Under the pieces are notes generated by a model. That model made no database searches. It worked only from the letters and a program-made list of their open reading frames with translations, and was not told the origin of the DNA. From assembly GCF_009914755.1 (NCBI RefSeq), contig NC_060932.1: a stretch of DNA of 64,000 nucleotides; one strand, written 5' to 3'. The translations under genes and the position numbers were made by a program. This DNA comes from the human T2T-CHM13v2.0 reference genome, Homo sapiens. Below are positions 1-13,860 of this stretch, piece by piece. Every line of letters begins with the position of its first letter. Position 1 is the stretch's first letter.

Positions 1-2453
1 GTAAGAGCCCTGGGAAGGAGCTATGAGTGACCAGTGGGAAGAGCTGCTTTCAGTCACAAAGAGCAAACTACAGATATCTCTCTAGTGAGGAGAAGACAAA
101 GAACTCCTAAAATATCCCACCCAACAAGAGAGAGTCAGCTTTAAACACCTAACAAAATACAAAGAGCTGATGCCAGCAAGTAAGATCCCTGGAATCTAGT
201 ACAGTGCTTTGAACATAGAAGGGACTCAACAGATGTTGGGGAACACAAAGACCTGTTCCCTCGTTGGGCTAATGTTGCAGGAATGATTCTCAGCTTTGTA
301 CACATGAAGGAATTATGAGGTTCAGGTTAAGTGCCTCACTTCAAAATTTAATTTTTAGTCCAGACCAGTGTTGTTTTAATTTTACTACACTCACAGTTAA
401 GAGGAGTCCAGAGGAGCACCCTTGAAACTATAGTGCTAATATCAAGTTTGTGATGTAGAGCAACTAAGTGTTTCTGAGAGGGCTTCAAGGCATCCTTTCC
501 TGTGCTGTTTTTACGTTCCAGGTTATTAAGCTTATCTTAGGTGAAGTCAAGCTTTAAGTGGTAGTTACTATGTGCCTGGCAGAATACAGGGCACTGAAGG
601 CTCAAATGAGAATAAGACAATCCCTGACCTCAAGTGGCTGATAGCAAATGGATTAAAGGCAATTGTTTATCATTTACTTAATGTATAGCACGAGCTCAAG
701 AAATCTTACATTTCTATAGTTACATTACTGTCACTATAACATTAATAGTTGAACTAGGCTTCCCAACAGATGTAAAAGCCTTCTAATCTAGAGATAAATA
801 AAGATTGTACTTTTTGTTATCATCAGATTTTATTATTCTTTGATGATGATTGACTAAATATACTAATGAGGATTGAAAAATATACTGCTTTAAATAGTTA
901 TGTCATAATTTCTATCAGTCATGCAATTAGAAGTACATATATGGATACATATTTTTTCTATTGCCCCTTTTTTCCTGGCTTTGTTAATGTATAATATATT
1001 GCTTTTCTGCATTCACTCTCCATTTGATTTTTCTCCTAATGTAATTTACCACCTGCAGAAGTATGAGGCCTGGAAAATGCAGGTGTGAAATGCTCATTAG
1101 CACAATACCAATAAATCAACACATGTTTAAAAGAATCTTCTACCTAACCCTATTTCTTAAACTTTGTATTCAGTCATAATTTTCAGATTTAAAAATTGGT
1201 CCAGGTTATAGATCAGGAGATAGCTGTATTTTTACATAACTATTAGGAATGCTGTGGTTTTCTAACCAGAGAAATATGACAGTAATTTCTTGCGAAAGAT
1301 TTGGGACATTGTGACTGAGCCAAACTAAGAATGAAAGAAGATGGAGAAAATAAACATAACCACATGTCCTATAAGTCTTCTGTATGAAGACAGGTGTGAA
1401 GCCTATGAGGAGGGGGTCATTGATTCATGAATTGATTGATTCACTCATTTATTAATTCATATAGTATATGTTTTTGGTGTGCATATAATTGCAAAGCACT
1501 GTATTGGATACATAAAAGAAATCTACTTCCTTTTGAAGTGACTTCTAAAAGACACTCCCCATCAGAGTGTCTAATGAAATGAGAGAGACAGAACAAAGTG
1601 GACATGAACAAATCTGTTGGTAGACTTTATGATAAACACCATGAGAAGCAAATGAGCAGAATGCAGTGCTAAAGAGTAACCTGGGGTGAAGTGGGAGCTA
1701 GGGAAAGAGGATGAGAGACAACCTACTTAAAATTGTAGGGATGGTCTTTCAGAGGAGACTTAAAAAATAAGAAGCAATCAGCAATTCAAAGAGCATTCCA
1801 GGTGGAGGTAAGAGCATATGCAAAGGCCCTCTGGACAGAAAGAGATTCACATATTTGGGAATCTTGAAGGATATCAAGGCAACTAGGACATGGGCAAGAA
1901 AAGTGGCCCAAGACTATCAGGGCACTATGGACCATTGAAAGATGCTTTGAAATTCATCCAACCACAGTGGAAAGCCATTCAGTTCTTTAAAGTCAGAGAA
2001 CAACCCATTTGCTTGATGTTTAAAAATGCTTGCTCTGGTTGCTATAGCAGAGTAGGTAGTAGGGGACCAAGGTCTAACCAGAGAGAGCAGCATGGAGGCT
2101 TTGGTAACAGTCGAGAGAAATGATGACTAGGAAATGAAGAAACTTAAGATATAATTTGGAGGTATAATAGAAAGGGTTTATTGATGAATCAGAGTTGGAA
2201 AGTGTTACAAAGGAAAGGATGAAATATCCTTCAAGGTTTCTGTCATGAGCGACTGTGTAGGTGCCTGCTGGTGCCATTTCCAGAGATTGGGAAGACAAGG
2301 AGGAAAGTCAGGGTCAAGTTTAGAAATCAAGAATTTGTTTTGGACATGTTAAGTATAAAATGTGTTGCATGTAATGGATAATGCCAAGTAGCTAGCTGAA
2401 TATTTAAGTTCCAAGTGTTGAGGAAAACTTTGGAGGTAAAAACAGAGAGTTTT

Positions 2454-2745
2454 GGCCAGGCGCGGTGGCTCACGCCTGTAATCTCAGCACTTTGGGAGGC
2501 CAAGGTGGGCGGATCACGAGGTCAGGAGATCCAGACAATCCTGGCTAACATGGTGAAACCCCGTCTCTACTAAAAATACAAAAAATTAGCCGGGTGTGGT
2601 GGCGGGCACCTGTAGTCCCAGCTACTCGGGAGGCTGAGGCAGGAGAATGTTGTGAACCCAGGAGGCGGAGCTTGCAGTGAGCCTATCACGCCGCAGCCCT
2701 CCAGCCTGGGTGACAGAGCGAGACTCCATCTCAAAAAGAAAAAAA
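2454..2745 (+). mobile_element. AluY-like SINE
   Basis: ggccaggcgcggtggctcacgcc start, ctggctaaca and ggagcttgcagtgagc diagnostics, A tail. Confidence 0.95.
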
Positions 2746-2929
2746 GAGTCTTCAGGATATAAATGTTTAATCCCAAAGAAATAGACTACAATATCTAGGG
2801 AAAGAGTGAAAATAGAGCAGAGGGAGGCCCAACTGGATCAAGTGGATTAGGCCCCTGGATATTCCAAAATACTTAGGGATTGAATCAAAATTACAAAATA
2901 TTTAGAGGTCGAATAGAAAATGAGGACTT

Positions 2930-3227
2930 GGGTCAGGTGTGGTGGTTTATGCCTCTAATCCCAACAAGTTAGGAGGCTGAGATGGAAGGATTGCTTGAGC
3001 TCAGGAATTCAAGACCAAGCTGGGCAACATAATGAGACCCTGTGTCTTCCAGAAAAAAAAAAAAGTTGGGCACAGTGGTGTGCCCCTGTAGTCCCAGGTC
3101 CTTGGGAGGCTGAGGTGGGAAGATCCCTTAAGCCTAGGAGTTCAGAGGCTGCAGTGAGCTATAACAGCTGCCCTCCAGCCTAGGAGACACAGTGAGAGCC
3201 TGTCTCTTAAAAAAAGAAAAGAAAAAG
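2930..3227 (+). mobile_element. AluJ SINE
   Basis: Diverged dimer with ttgcttgagctcagga and gaggctgcagtgagct, A-rich linker and tail. Confidence 0.9.
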
Positions 3228-3329
3228 AGGCTTATTCAAGGAATAGTGAAAAAGGGAATATTTGGAGAATTATGTCAGGGAATCTATGAAAGTAGAATGT
3301 TTCAAGATAGAGGGAGTGGTTAAAAAAAG

Positions 3330-3555
3330 TTGAGTATTTATATGTGCCAGTGTGTATCATGCTGAATACTTTATCTGGATGGTGTTATATTATCCCTTCT
3401 ATAGACTATTGAGTTGAGTACTGTTATTAGATCCATTTTACAAATGAGGAAACTATGGAGAGATTAAAAGTAAATTGCCCAAGATCCCATAATAAGAAGG
3501 CAAGTGTCGAATGCCAGGCATTCTAACTTCAGAGTCCATAGTCTTAACCCTTGTG
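3330..3555 (-). mobile_element. MIR SINE
   Basis: Core ccattttacaaatgaggaaact...ttgcccaagatc. Confidence 0.8.
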
Positions 3556-5900
3556 CTATTCTCTTCCACAAATACACCCAGCAGGTAAAAGACTGAGAAA
3601 AATAAATATCAAAAAGTACCTTTTGAAATTGACTACATGAAGTTACGAAAACCTGAGTTGTTTTGTGAAAGCGGTGAGTACAAAGCAGTATTTTGGAGAG
3701 GGTTGTGCAGGGAATCGGAGATGAAGCTGTGTGCTGAAAAGGAGAGAAGAAATTAGAGGAAGGGAATGGTGGCCTTACAGAGAAACAGACTTGAAGTGAT
3801 GTGAAGTGTTTGCGCTGGGTGAATGCTGGCAGGAATAAGTGAGCAGGGAGCGAGTGAACAGGATAAGAGAGATCACTTCGGAGTAAAGCCTTGAAAAGGG
3901 AGTGTAGGAGGAAGTTTTTCTCCCTTTCCTGCATCCCTTCCTTTGTGCGTAAAATAGAAATGTTCTTCCTTTCTGAAGGATTTCAAAGAGAATGTTGGCT
4001 TTTCTTTCATTCTCCCTGACTCATGCCTCCCCAGAGGAAGAAAAGTGACTTCTGAGGCTGTGAAAAGGAAGGACTCTGGCTGCATGACCCAGCCTCCTCT
4101 GGCTTCTTCTTTTGGGACCTGATGGCCCTCAGCATGTCCATCTTAACTCCTGCTCCCCCTGGGGCAATCTCACCAGGACACTGCTTCTCCAAGTGCCAGC
4201 TTGGGGTGGGGTCCTTGTCCCCTGTGTCTATTTCTCAATTAGTTCAGGACTTACAGAAGGAAGAGAGTGGTTAGTACATTAAAACCCCCAGTATAAAGAG
4301 GGAATGCTATTAGGTTTAGAGAACATGTGGAGAGATTGGCTTTGGCAAGAAGAGGATCATGTTCTCTTCTGTAATAGAAAGAAAAGTTTTAAAATAATGG
4401 GGAAAGATAATGTTTATAGAGTCACTGCTGAGAAGAAGAAAAGTGATTTCTGTAATGTAATTTTTAACATTTTATAATTTTTTTTCTGAATAAAGTCTGA
4501 AATCCAACTTGGTTGTATTGGGAGCACTACGTAGCTTTCATGTGTGAAGCCACTATCATCTAAGCAGAAGAAAACTAGAACAGATACACCTAGTGATTCT
4601 CAAACTGAGGAAGAGGATGTGGCATGCCCTGTCTAGGGTAGCTAATCCGAATTTCGATAGGGCAGCTTTCAAAAGAAATCATTTCAATCAACAATGTAAT
4701 CAGTAATGCAATCGTACATTTTTAAAAACCACAAAATGTCATTTTTACTTAAAACATTTATAATGACTTAAGGATGTTTTATATTCATCAATAGGATGAT
4801 TTAGTTTGAAGAAGTCAAGAAACAATGGGTTACCCAGAGTGTTTTCCACCCAATTCCTGAATTAAAATGTAGCTAAGAATCATATTTTCTGTACCTTCTT
4901 TTCCTGTCTTTTGTGTCTTCTTTTGGGGAAAGTTAAGAGGGTAGATCGTTGGACTACATTGTCATTTTAACTATAAACCACTGGACTTTGGCCCAGATTA
5001 TTATTACCTGCAGAAGCTATCTTGATTAAGTTTGGAGTTGCCTTATGTTGTGCATAAGCAAAACTACATTTTAATCAGCTTGTCCATATGATTTATAGAG
5101 ATAGTTTGTAATAGGCCTTGTTAAAAATAGGTATCTTTAATCAGCAATATTGGATAAAAGCCTAAAGTCTTAAAATAGTCATATTTATTCTGATTCCTTC
5201 TTCCTAAAATGAATAAACAGAAAGAAATCGATGTGGCAATAGCGTGTTACAAATCACTCCATCAAAGGTAATGAAATTAAATTTCATCTCTGTGAGTTAC
5301 TGCAAAAGACTGTTTAACATTTACAAGAATTTGACTTCCAAATCCTTCAAGCCCTAATCTTTGGATTTACATAATGTGTTCCTACTTTCAGCCTTTTCCA
5401 GTTGAAAGACTTTGAAGTTCCAAGGCAAAAACTGAAATAAATTGGAAATTTGTGTAATTTCAAAGTGAATGCTTGTGATATAGTGACATAATCAGAAAGC
5501 ACATGAGGGAAAACCCATACAAATTTTGCTACTATTAACTCAGTGTTTGAAACTTTATAGTAGAAAGATGATATGCAAAATTCTTAAAGATTGCTCCAAG
5601 GAAACATGCTACATATTTCTAATCAATAAAATTAAAATATCTGATCACTAGTTTGTTGAAAGCGTTAGATCCTGGACTTAAATCTAGATCTTTGATTTTA
5701 GAGCCCTTGCCCTGTTTTGTCCCCCAGGGCACTATAGAAAATTTTTGCATGATGATATCAATTTATCAAAACTGCAGAGTGTTTATTTAGAAATTATAAA
5801 ATGACTTAGTGAATAAAAAATTGAGGTATTATTTGGATTTATCTTAGTATTAATGGTGGAGAAGAAACTGTTTCTTTTATCTAAGCTCCAACAAACATTC

Positions 5901-6195
5901 TTTATTTTTTCTTTAATCAGAGTCTCGCTCTGTCGCCCAGGCTGGAGTGCAGTGGCGAGATCTCAGCTCACTGAGCCTCTGCCTCCTGGATTCAAGCAAT
6001 TCTCCTTCCTTAGCCTCCCTGAGTAGCTGGCACTACAGGTGCACACCACCACGCCCCGCTAATTTTTATATTTTTAGTAGAGATGGGATTTCACCATGTT
6101 GGCCATGCTGGTTGCGAACTCCTGACCTCAAGTGATCTGCCCACCTCAGCCTCCCAAAGTTCTGGAATTACAGGAGTAAGCCACTGCACCCAGCC
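5901..6195 (-). mobile_element. AluS SINE
   Basis: Full reverse-complement Alu; degenerate TSD ccaacaaacattctt / ccaacacatattctt. Confidence 0.95.
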
Positions 6196-7647
6196 CCAAC
6201 ACATATTCTTATAATGGGATAGGGAGGAGGCTATGTTATGTGGATGCATTAATTTAATCATTATATCCACTACCAAATATCAAGTCTTTTTTTTAGTTTA
6301 TTTTCATAGGTTTTTATATGTAGACATGCTTTCTTCTTTGTGGTTTTTCCCCTGTAATGAAACCATTCATTCATTCAACAATTTATTTCCTAAGTGCCTA
6401 CTCTATGACTAGCTCTGTGCTAAATCCTAGGAATGAAATGATGAACAGACTAGAATTTCCATGAATGTAGTAATTAAGTTGATCTGGTGGTGTGCACTTC
6501 TAATAGAAAATGCTTCTCTCATATTACCTCTTTCTCTGAACTGATGCAAGAATTGGAATATAAACAAACCAGCTGGCAAACTTAGATGATTTAGATGTCC
6601 TTTTCATTAAAGGTCAGTAAGAAATGCTAACGTTTTATGTTAGCATTTATTAAACTCTGAAGAGGCAGAATTAGTTTGGGGTTTAATTTCTAGTATTCAT
6701 AGCATAAAATTAGGTATAATAGCAGTGAATCTATGTATGCTTCTATATAATTATTATTATTCTTTATACTGGCCTAGCCCTTCACAGAGTTAAATTCAAC
6801 TACATTTAATGAGAGAATTTCTTGTTTTTTTGTTAGAATTTCTAGCAAACCATTTCTGCATGTCATTGCACCTGTGGCTTAATTCTTACATTTTCTGTTC
6901 TCTGAATTTCCAAGATAGAAAAGCATAAATTTCTTAGAGTGAATACAGGGTTAGAAACACATCTTGTTATAACAAACTATCTAGTTTCAGCATCCCATTA
7001 ACTGTTCCAACACCAATTTGAATTCCCAAAGGATACTTCTGTTGAAGCATTTTTGCTTTGGTTTGGAATTGCAAAAGTAGATTGAGTAATTCCCGATTCC
7101 ACGTTAATGAGACTTTCTGTCTTAATCCTCCTGTTTAAGGGCACAAAGAATAGTATGGCCACTGCAATTACTGAGTGGGCTAGAATTGGAATATTCTATA
7201 CCCCCAAGGGATTGTTTTCTTCTTTTAAAGCATAAGTTTCCAATCTATCATTTCTTCTGTGGTTGAGTTTCTGAACATGCTTGGGTTTTGCTGATTTTAT
7301 GGTTTGTTTTTAGCTGCTGATTTTTAGTCAGACTGTATAGGAGGGGTAACAAAAACCCTTAATTTTGCAATGTGAAAATTCTTTATGCATTTGCTCCCGA
7401 AAGCTTATTTTTGAGTAACTTGAGACTTTTGCAGCAGCCACAGTATCCAACTTGGAAAACCTGCATTCTCAGCAGCTTTCCTACTTTAAATAATATTCTT
7501 ACATTAGCTCTTTTAGGAAGCAAAGAGACAGCTTCCCTAACAGTAACAAGATGTGCAAACCACAGATGGTCTTCTTGCTGGAAATTACTGGAAAGGACTA
7601 CGAGTGTTCGGCCTTTGGGGCACAGTCATTCACATGCATTCATACAC

Positions 7648-7696
7648 CTCACACACACATACACACACACTCTCTCTCATACACACACACACACAC
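7648..7696. repeat. (CA)n/(CT)n compound microsatellite
   Basis: acacacacatacacacacactctctctcatacacacacacacacac. Confidence 0.9.
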
Positions 7697-7969
7697 TTGT
7701 GTGAATATACAAATGAATAAGGCAAAGTGAGAATGTGTATAGCTACTACTAGTATATAGATTTCTGTGGAATTTTATACACTGCTTTAATAGAAATGAAC
7801 ATATTTTATGTTTACAATAGCTTTCTTAGGTAGAGCAGGCAGATATAGCATGAATACCATTATTGTAGATAAGACTTAGATAGTCCAGGTCCTTGCCCAA
7901 GTGTAAGAGCTGAAGTTTATCTATTTCTCCTAATTCCAGAATGTGGCCTTTGGTTCAAAATGCCCTGGT

Positions 7970-8400
7970 TGTATTTCAGCTTTTCTACTTTCTAGTTCCA
8001 TTACTTTCTTAAAGCCTCAGTTGATACCTCTACCAATAGGACATATGCTACCTACCTCATAAGCTTGTTGTGATCAGTAAATGAAATATTGCGTGTATAA
8101 CATGTGGCCTTTTACCTGATACATTATAAATGCTCAATGAATGTTCATGTTTGCTTTTTCAAAGCAAACATTTATACAATACTTATGCCAAATCTAAGTA
8201 CTTTTTCAAATATTAGTCTAATCTTCATGTCAATTTTATGACAGATATTGTTAATATTCCCATTTTACAGATGAGAAAATGGAGGCAAGGAAAGGTTAAG
8301 AAAATTGCCCAATTGCCCAAGGTCACACAGCTGGTAAATGCCACATTATGGATTCAATTCCAGATAATCCAGTCCCCATGTCCATAGTCTTAAATGCTAT
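7970..8400. mobile_element. Two MIR relics in opposite orientation (+ ~7970-8145, - ~8165-8400)
   Basis: gcctcagtt...ctacctcat...aaatgctcaatgaatg, then cccattttacagatgagaaaatggaggc...gcccaaggtcacacagctggtaaatg. Confidence 0.75.
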
Positions 8401-9534
8401 TCTGTTATTCTCAATGTACACAGTGGGATATATGGAAATGTGAGTTGTATATGCTAATTTTATACTGCTTTAAATTCCTAAGGCCTAGGGAATATTCCCA
8501 TATGCTATAGTGGGTTTTCTCAACTGTTGCTACTATTACCACCAATATCTTAGGACTATAATAAGTGGATAGAAGAAGATCTTTTTTTTTTTCCAGACAA
8601 CTACAGAACTCAGGAACATATCCAACTAGTTATAATCCAGGCACAATTTGAATTCCACTTGATGGGAGAGGTGATTCCAGTGAAGAACTCAATTAAATAA
8701 AAACACTTTTTTATGCGTTTCAGTCATATCATGATGTAGTTTAGGCTCAAGGTAGAGTTGTATCATGTAGTATTTAGACCAGATTACAAAACTATTAAGA
8801 GATGCAGAGCATGATAGACGAGGAAAGATGAAAAGCATTGCTTGGTTATGACGTGAGGGGATGATGATAGAAGGGTGGAGGTAGTAGGAAAGAGAAAACC
8901 CCACAGATGTGAGAGGAAAAGGGAAGATAAGACAAAAAAAGTAAGACAAGTGATAAATAATGGTTTATAAGGGCTAAAAGTGAAGAAGCTTGAAGAAAGA
9001 TTTGCTACAAAGAAAGCTATTGAAATAAAGAATTGACCCAGATGTTGGGAGAAACCCTCCACAGTGAGCAGTATAAAGCCACATTCAGTCACTGTTGGCG
9101 TTTGCCCTGGGCTTTGGGATGTACGTTCATTCATTTAAGCCAAAAAGTGCATTTATCCTACTCAAAAAGTGATTTAGAAAATGAGTGTAAGATTTCCTAT
9201 GCTTCTAGTAAAATAGAAATAAATTATGCAAGAGTAAAATTAGCTAATTACTGTAAGAATCATTCTGTTAAAATTAGTGAGTTTTGGATATTTTCTGCCA
9301 GTTCTTTTTTTCACTAGTTTCTGTGACTTCAGATTTCATTATCAACCTACCAGGCCTTTCCTGCTCCTTGGAGAGCTGGTTGAAATGGGATTGAACCCTA
9401 TTTTCACAGAGTAGGAAAGTCAAGATCCCTCCTCAAATTGCATTACCACTTCTTGTCCTTACTTTTTCATGGTTCTCTGGTTTCCATCTATGCTCCTGAG
9501 TTTGCTGTCTCAGGTCAAACCTGCGTGGATTTAT

Positions 9535-9558
9535 ACACACACACACACACACACACAC
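9535..9558. repeat. (AC)12 microsatellite
   Basis: Direct read. Confidence 0.9.
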
Positions 9559-11119
9559 TCAGGTGATCTATCTGATGGGTTTAGTTGTTTTCTGAAAGAT
9601 TTGGGGATTGTCGTGAAAGAAATACCACATTGCATACCACATAAGGGACTTGTATTCAGTTAGTTCTCTTGTTATCCTTCACTCCTCCCTCAAAACCCAC
9701 ACTCCAGAATGAGTCAAGCCTCCTTCAAAATGCAGTGCAGTCCCTGCAGGTTCAGTGTTTATCGAAAGTGGTACAGGAGGAAAGGAGCCTGAGAAGCGGA
9801 TATAATTTCCTCAGCATCCCTGGGAATTGTGCAGAACACAATTATAGCATCTTACATACTCTTACAAAATGATTGGAACTTGCATTTATAGAGAGCTTCC
9901 TGTGTAGATGCTGTGCTAGGCACTTTCACATATGGTGTTTATTGATTCTTAGAACCTTTCTGGGTATATTTTATACCCGTTTTATAGATGAGGAGAGTGA
10001 GTCTCAGAAAAGCACCCAGCATTGTTACCATGCTGAAGGAAGGCATTGGAATACATGTGCAGAGGAATAAGATTGTTCTTTTCTTCTCAAAAGCAGAAGG
10101 ACAAGAAAAAGCAAAAATTAAGACAAACCAGTCTGCTTATAGGAGCCATGCCAAGAGAGATGTCTTCTTTTCCTTATTTCCTAGTCTCTGTCTAAGGCTT
10201 CAGCACCCATTTTCCTTTGGGAATGCAAAGCACATTCAACAAAGAACCTCGCAGTGCCTATTAAGAGCTTATTTTTGTCTTCATTTTTAATGTTTCATTT
10301 ATTATCAAATAGGGTACTTTATCTCGTGCACACCTATATGTTCCATTATGCCATATTTACATTTGTTTAACGCATTTAATTAAGAACATTGTTAAAAATT
10401 TAAAAAGACTTCCCCTTTCACGAAATTTGGAAATTGAAGGTAGCATTTAACGGGTTTCCTTGTCAACCACAATACTCATTTTTAGAATTGTTAGCCAGTA
10501 ATTCAATTACCCACACAGTTCTGCTTTCTAAGAATGTGCAAATGGAAGTCTTGTCTTATGCAAGCCAGAAAACCTACTAGCAGTATTCTAAACTTAGAAC
10601 AAAAACGTGATGCCCTTCGAGTCTTGGTTGGGAAGAGTGTTTGGTGAGGAGGGGGAGAAAGAAGAAGGGGAATAATAGTGTCATTTTCTGTTTGTCTTTG
10701 GCCATCTGGAGCTCAGTGCCACGTCCTTTGCTCATTCTACGGAGAATATAAAAAGGGCAATGAGATGCTTATATATTTTGTAGTGCTGGCAGAGCATCAT
10801 TTGTTATAATATCTATCCCTTTATCAAATATAAGCCATCATATAAGCCAATATGAGACTTTAGATCAATTCTAAAATGGGCCAATGTAAAATACAAACAG
10901 TTTCTGGTGATAAAATAATCTGCTATGTGAATTGAAGGTAAAACATTTATAAAATGTAAATAATTGTTAATAATGATAATTATTGCTGAGAACAAAAGAG
11001 AAGCTGGCTTTTTGTATAATTTCACACCTTTCCTTTAAATATTTACTCCTCTGAAACTGCCTTCCCCCAAAATAACTTACTTTATATTGAAACTTAAATT
11101 TAATTTTGAAATAAAATTT

Positions 11120-11200
11120 ATAGGATCAACTATAGAATATTGACATTTTGTATGTCAAAAATGGTTGAATATTAGGGATTTCATCAGGTTCAACATAATA
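11120..11200. mobile_element. MADE2-like mariner MITE
   Basis: ~80 bp with imperfect terminal inverted repeats (taggatcaac...ggttcaacataata) and core gtcaaaaatggttgaatatt, matching recalled MADE2 consensus. Confidence 0.65.
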
Positions 11201-11307
11201 CTGTTAGTGCAGTCTAAGTCTTGGCGTGTGTAAGTGTGCTCTCCTGGAAAGCCATGCTGGTCCAAATAAACTTTGTTGCCTTGGTGATCTATAGCTTATT
11301 TATCTTC

Positions 11308-11780
11308 TTTTTTATTAGTTGAAAAATAAAAATTATATATATTTATAGGGTACAAAATGATGTTTTGAAATATGTATATGCTGTGCAATGGCTTAATCTA
11401 ATTAACATATGCATTACCTCACATATTTATTTTTTGTGGTGACAACGCTGAAAACCTACTCTCAGCAGTTTTCGAAATACACTACATTGGTATTTACCAT
11501 AGTCACCCATGTTGTATAGCAGATCTCTTGAACTTATTTCTCCTGATAAAATTTTATATCCTTTGATCAACATTATACCCATCTAAATTCCTTATATCCT
11601 TCATTCTACTCTGCTTCTACAAGTTAAACTATTTTAGATTCCATATAAGTCACATTGTGTGGTATTTGTCTTTCTGTGCCTGGCTTATTTCATTTAATGT
11701 GTTCCAGGTTCATTCATGTTGTAAATGACAAGATATTTTTTTCAAGTTCAGTAGTATTCCGTTGTGTATACATGCAAGTT
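11308..11780 (-). mobile_element. L1MA 3' end fragment
   Basis: Reverse L1MA 3'UTR motifs: gggtacaaaatgatgtttt, agatctcttgaacttatt, tctttctgtgcctggcttatttca. Confidence 0.85.
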
Positions 11781-12039
11781 GTTTCTTAAACTGCTTTTTT
11801 TATTATTAATCTTAATGCCTTCTTAGGTGCGTATAGTACTTCTGTAGCTTTTAGCTCTAGTCTGAAAACACCTAAGATAAGAATGGTGTTATTGGGAGGA
11901 ACAAGGCATTAGGAAAAAGTAGATAAAGCTATACAGTGTAAATCCATGTTTCCTCAAGTATATGACAACATAGGTGATTTTTGGTTACTACTCCTTGAAG
12001 GACTCCATTCAGCTTGCTTAACTGTGAGATACAGCTTTC

Positions 12040-12620
12040 ACCCTAATTTCCACAAAGCAGCTCAGAGTGATTCTTTTACCATGTGATGACTGCTTTGCTC
12101 AAATCCTCTCTTGGCCTCATTTAAGAACCTTGAAGCTCTATATGATTTGGCCTGACTCCCCTGCCCTCAGGACCATCTTGTTTAACTTCATCTCCAGCTT
12201 CTCACTCCCTCTTTTTCTCTGTTCCAGCCATTGTGCCCTCCCTGCTCCACTAACATCACATACAAGTCTATTTCTGAAATGCTGCTCCCTCATAACTGCT
12301 CCCTCAGTTATGATCATAGCTCATTCCTTCAGTCTCTTCTCAAAAGTCCAATGGTCTATGAGCCCTACTTGGCTGTCCCATATATAGCAGTACAAATGCA
12401 TACCTTCATTCCCTATCTCTTTTACTGTGCTTGATTTTAATCCACTGCACTTTTTGCCACCTAATTTGTTATATATTGGCTTGTTTACTTATCACCTGTC
12501 TCCCTCCATAAGAATAAGGGCTCTAGGACTACAGTTGTTTTGCCTGTGTTGTTCACTGTGTATCCCTGGTGCCCAGAACAGTGTAGGGTGGAGAGTAGCC
12601 ATTCCAGGAATGAATGAACA
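12040..12620 (+). mobile_element. L2 3' fragment
   Basis: gttcactgtgtatccc...gtgcccagaacagtg...gaatgaatgaa terminus. Confidence 0.75.
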
Positions 12621-12828
12621 GTTCATTTCAGCTCATGAGAAGTAGGGCGCTGGATAGGGAGAACAGCCATTCCCAGTGGAAAAAAAGGGTTGTTCATTAA
12701 ATGTCACTCTACTCTGTCAGTTTCTAGGAGTCTGGAATGAAAAGAGCTTCACTCTATTTATTTTTATTACCACCTTTTTGTGGCAAGTAGTCATTGGCAC
12801 CATATATAATCTTCATTGTAAATGAATA

Positions 12829-13144
12829 CAGTAGTACCACCTTATCCACAGTTTGGTTTTCTGCAGTTTCAGTTAACTGCAATATAGTACAATATGATAT
12901 TTTAAGAGAGAGAAAGAGAGAGACCTCATTCATGTAACTTTTATTACAGTATATTGTTATAGTTGTTCTGTGTTATTATTGTTAATCTCTTACTGTGCCT
13001 AATTTATAAATTAAACTTTATCATATTTATGCATGCATTGAAAAAAACATGGTATGTACTGTATAGGGCTTGTTACTATCTGTGGTTTCAAGCATCCACT
13101 GGAAGTTTTGAAATATATCCCCTGCAGATAAGAAGTGATTACTG
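12829..13144 (+). mobile_element. MER44A-like (Tigger-derived) DNA transposon
   Basis: TA|CAGTAGTACCACCTTATC ... GATAAGAAGTGATTACTG|TA terminal inverted repeats with TA duplication. Confidence 0.85.
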
Positions 13145-13171
13145 TATGGTAAAAGTCAATTTCTCATGAAA

Positions 13172-13860
13172 ATGTTTTATTGAAAGTATAACATATACCC
13201 AGAAAAATCCAAAAATCGTAGATGGTTAAATGTTCACAAAGTAAATACATCCTGGTACCCAGTGCCCAGATCAGGAAACAAAACATTACCAGAATCCCAT
13301 AAACCCCTTCATGTTGTTGTCAATGTAATAACTCCCCAATGTTTAGCCTACCATTTTACTATCATAGATAGTACTGCTTGTGTTTGGACTTAATATACGT
13401 AGAATCATAGGGCATGCCCTCTTTTATATCTGGATTCTTTGCTCAAAACTATTTTTATGAAAATCATTCATGTTGCTGCTAATAGTCATAGTTCATGCAT
13501 TTCCATTGCTGTATAAAATTCCATTCTACCATTGATAGACATTTGAGGTTTTTTTCAATTTTTGTGTATTACAAATCCTGCTGAGATTAACATCCTTGAA
13601 TGCATCTTTTGGTTAACACATAAAAATACATGCCTTGAACTTCATTCAAAAATATATTGCCAGACATTTTTCCAAAGTAATGTTACCAGTGTGCACCACC
13701 ACCAGCAGGGCAGCAGAATTCCAATCGCTTCTCATCACTGCACTTTGTATCATGTCTTTTACATTTTAGCCACTGTGGTGGGTGTGGTGTGAGTGCAATG
13801 TAGTTATAATTTGTATTCCTCAGGACTACTGCTGTTGAACACTTAAAAATGTACTTGTTG
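13172..13860 (-). mobile_element. Old L1M (L1ME/L1MC) 3' fragment
   Basis: ttttattgaaagtataacata, cccagatcaggaaacaaaacattacc, attcatgttgctgc, ttttagccactgtggtgggtgtg. Confidence 0.75.

Larger units (their letters stand above)
1420..3320 (-). mobile_element. L2 LINE relic interrupted by two Alus
   Basis: TCAT/TGAT-type L2 tail in reverse at ~1420-1460, then L2-like motifs (gcattccaggtggagg, atgcaaaggccct, ttttggacatgttaag). Confidence 0.7.

Noticed and set aside
1-10. GTAAGA at the window start as a splice donor
   Set aside because: No upstream context visible; probably an arbitrary window edge.
3464-3934. Longest ORF in the track (156 aa, minus strand)
   Set aside because: F/S/L-rich translation of a purine-rich stretch running into a MIR; no recognisable protein.
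4017-9716. Isolated AP-1 sites TGACTCA (4017) and TGAGTCA (9710)
   Set aside because: Single 7-mers are expected by chance in 64 kb.
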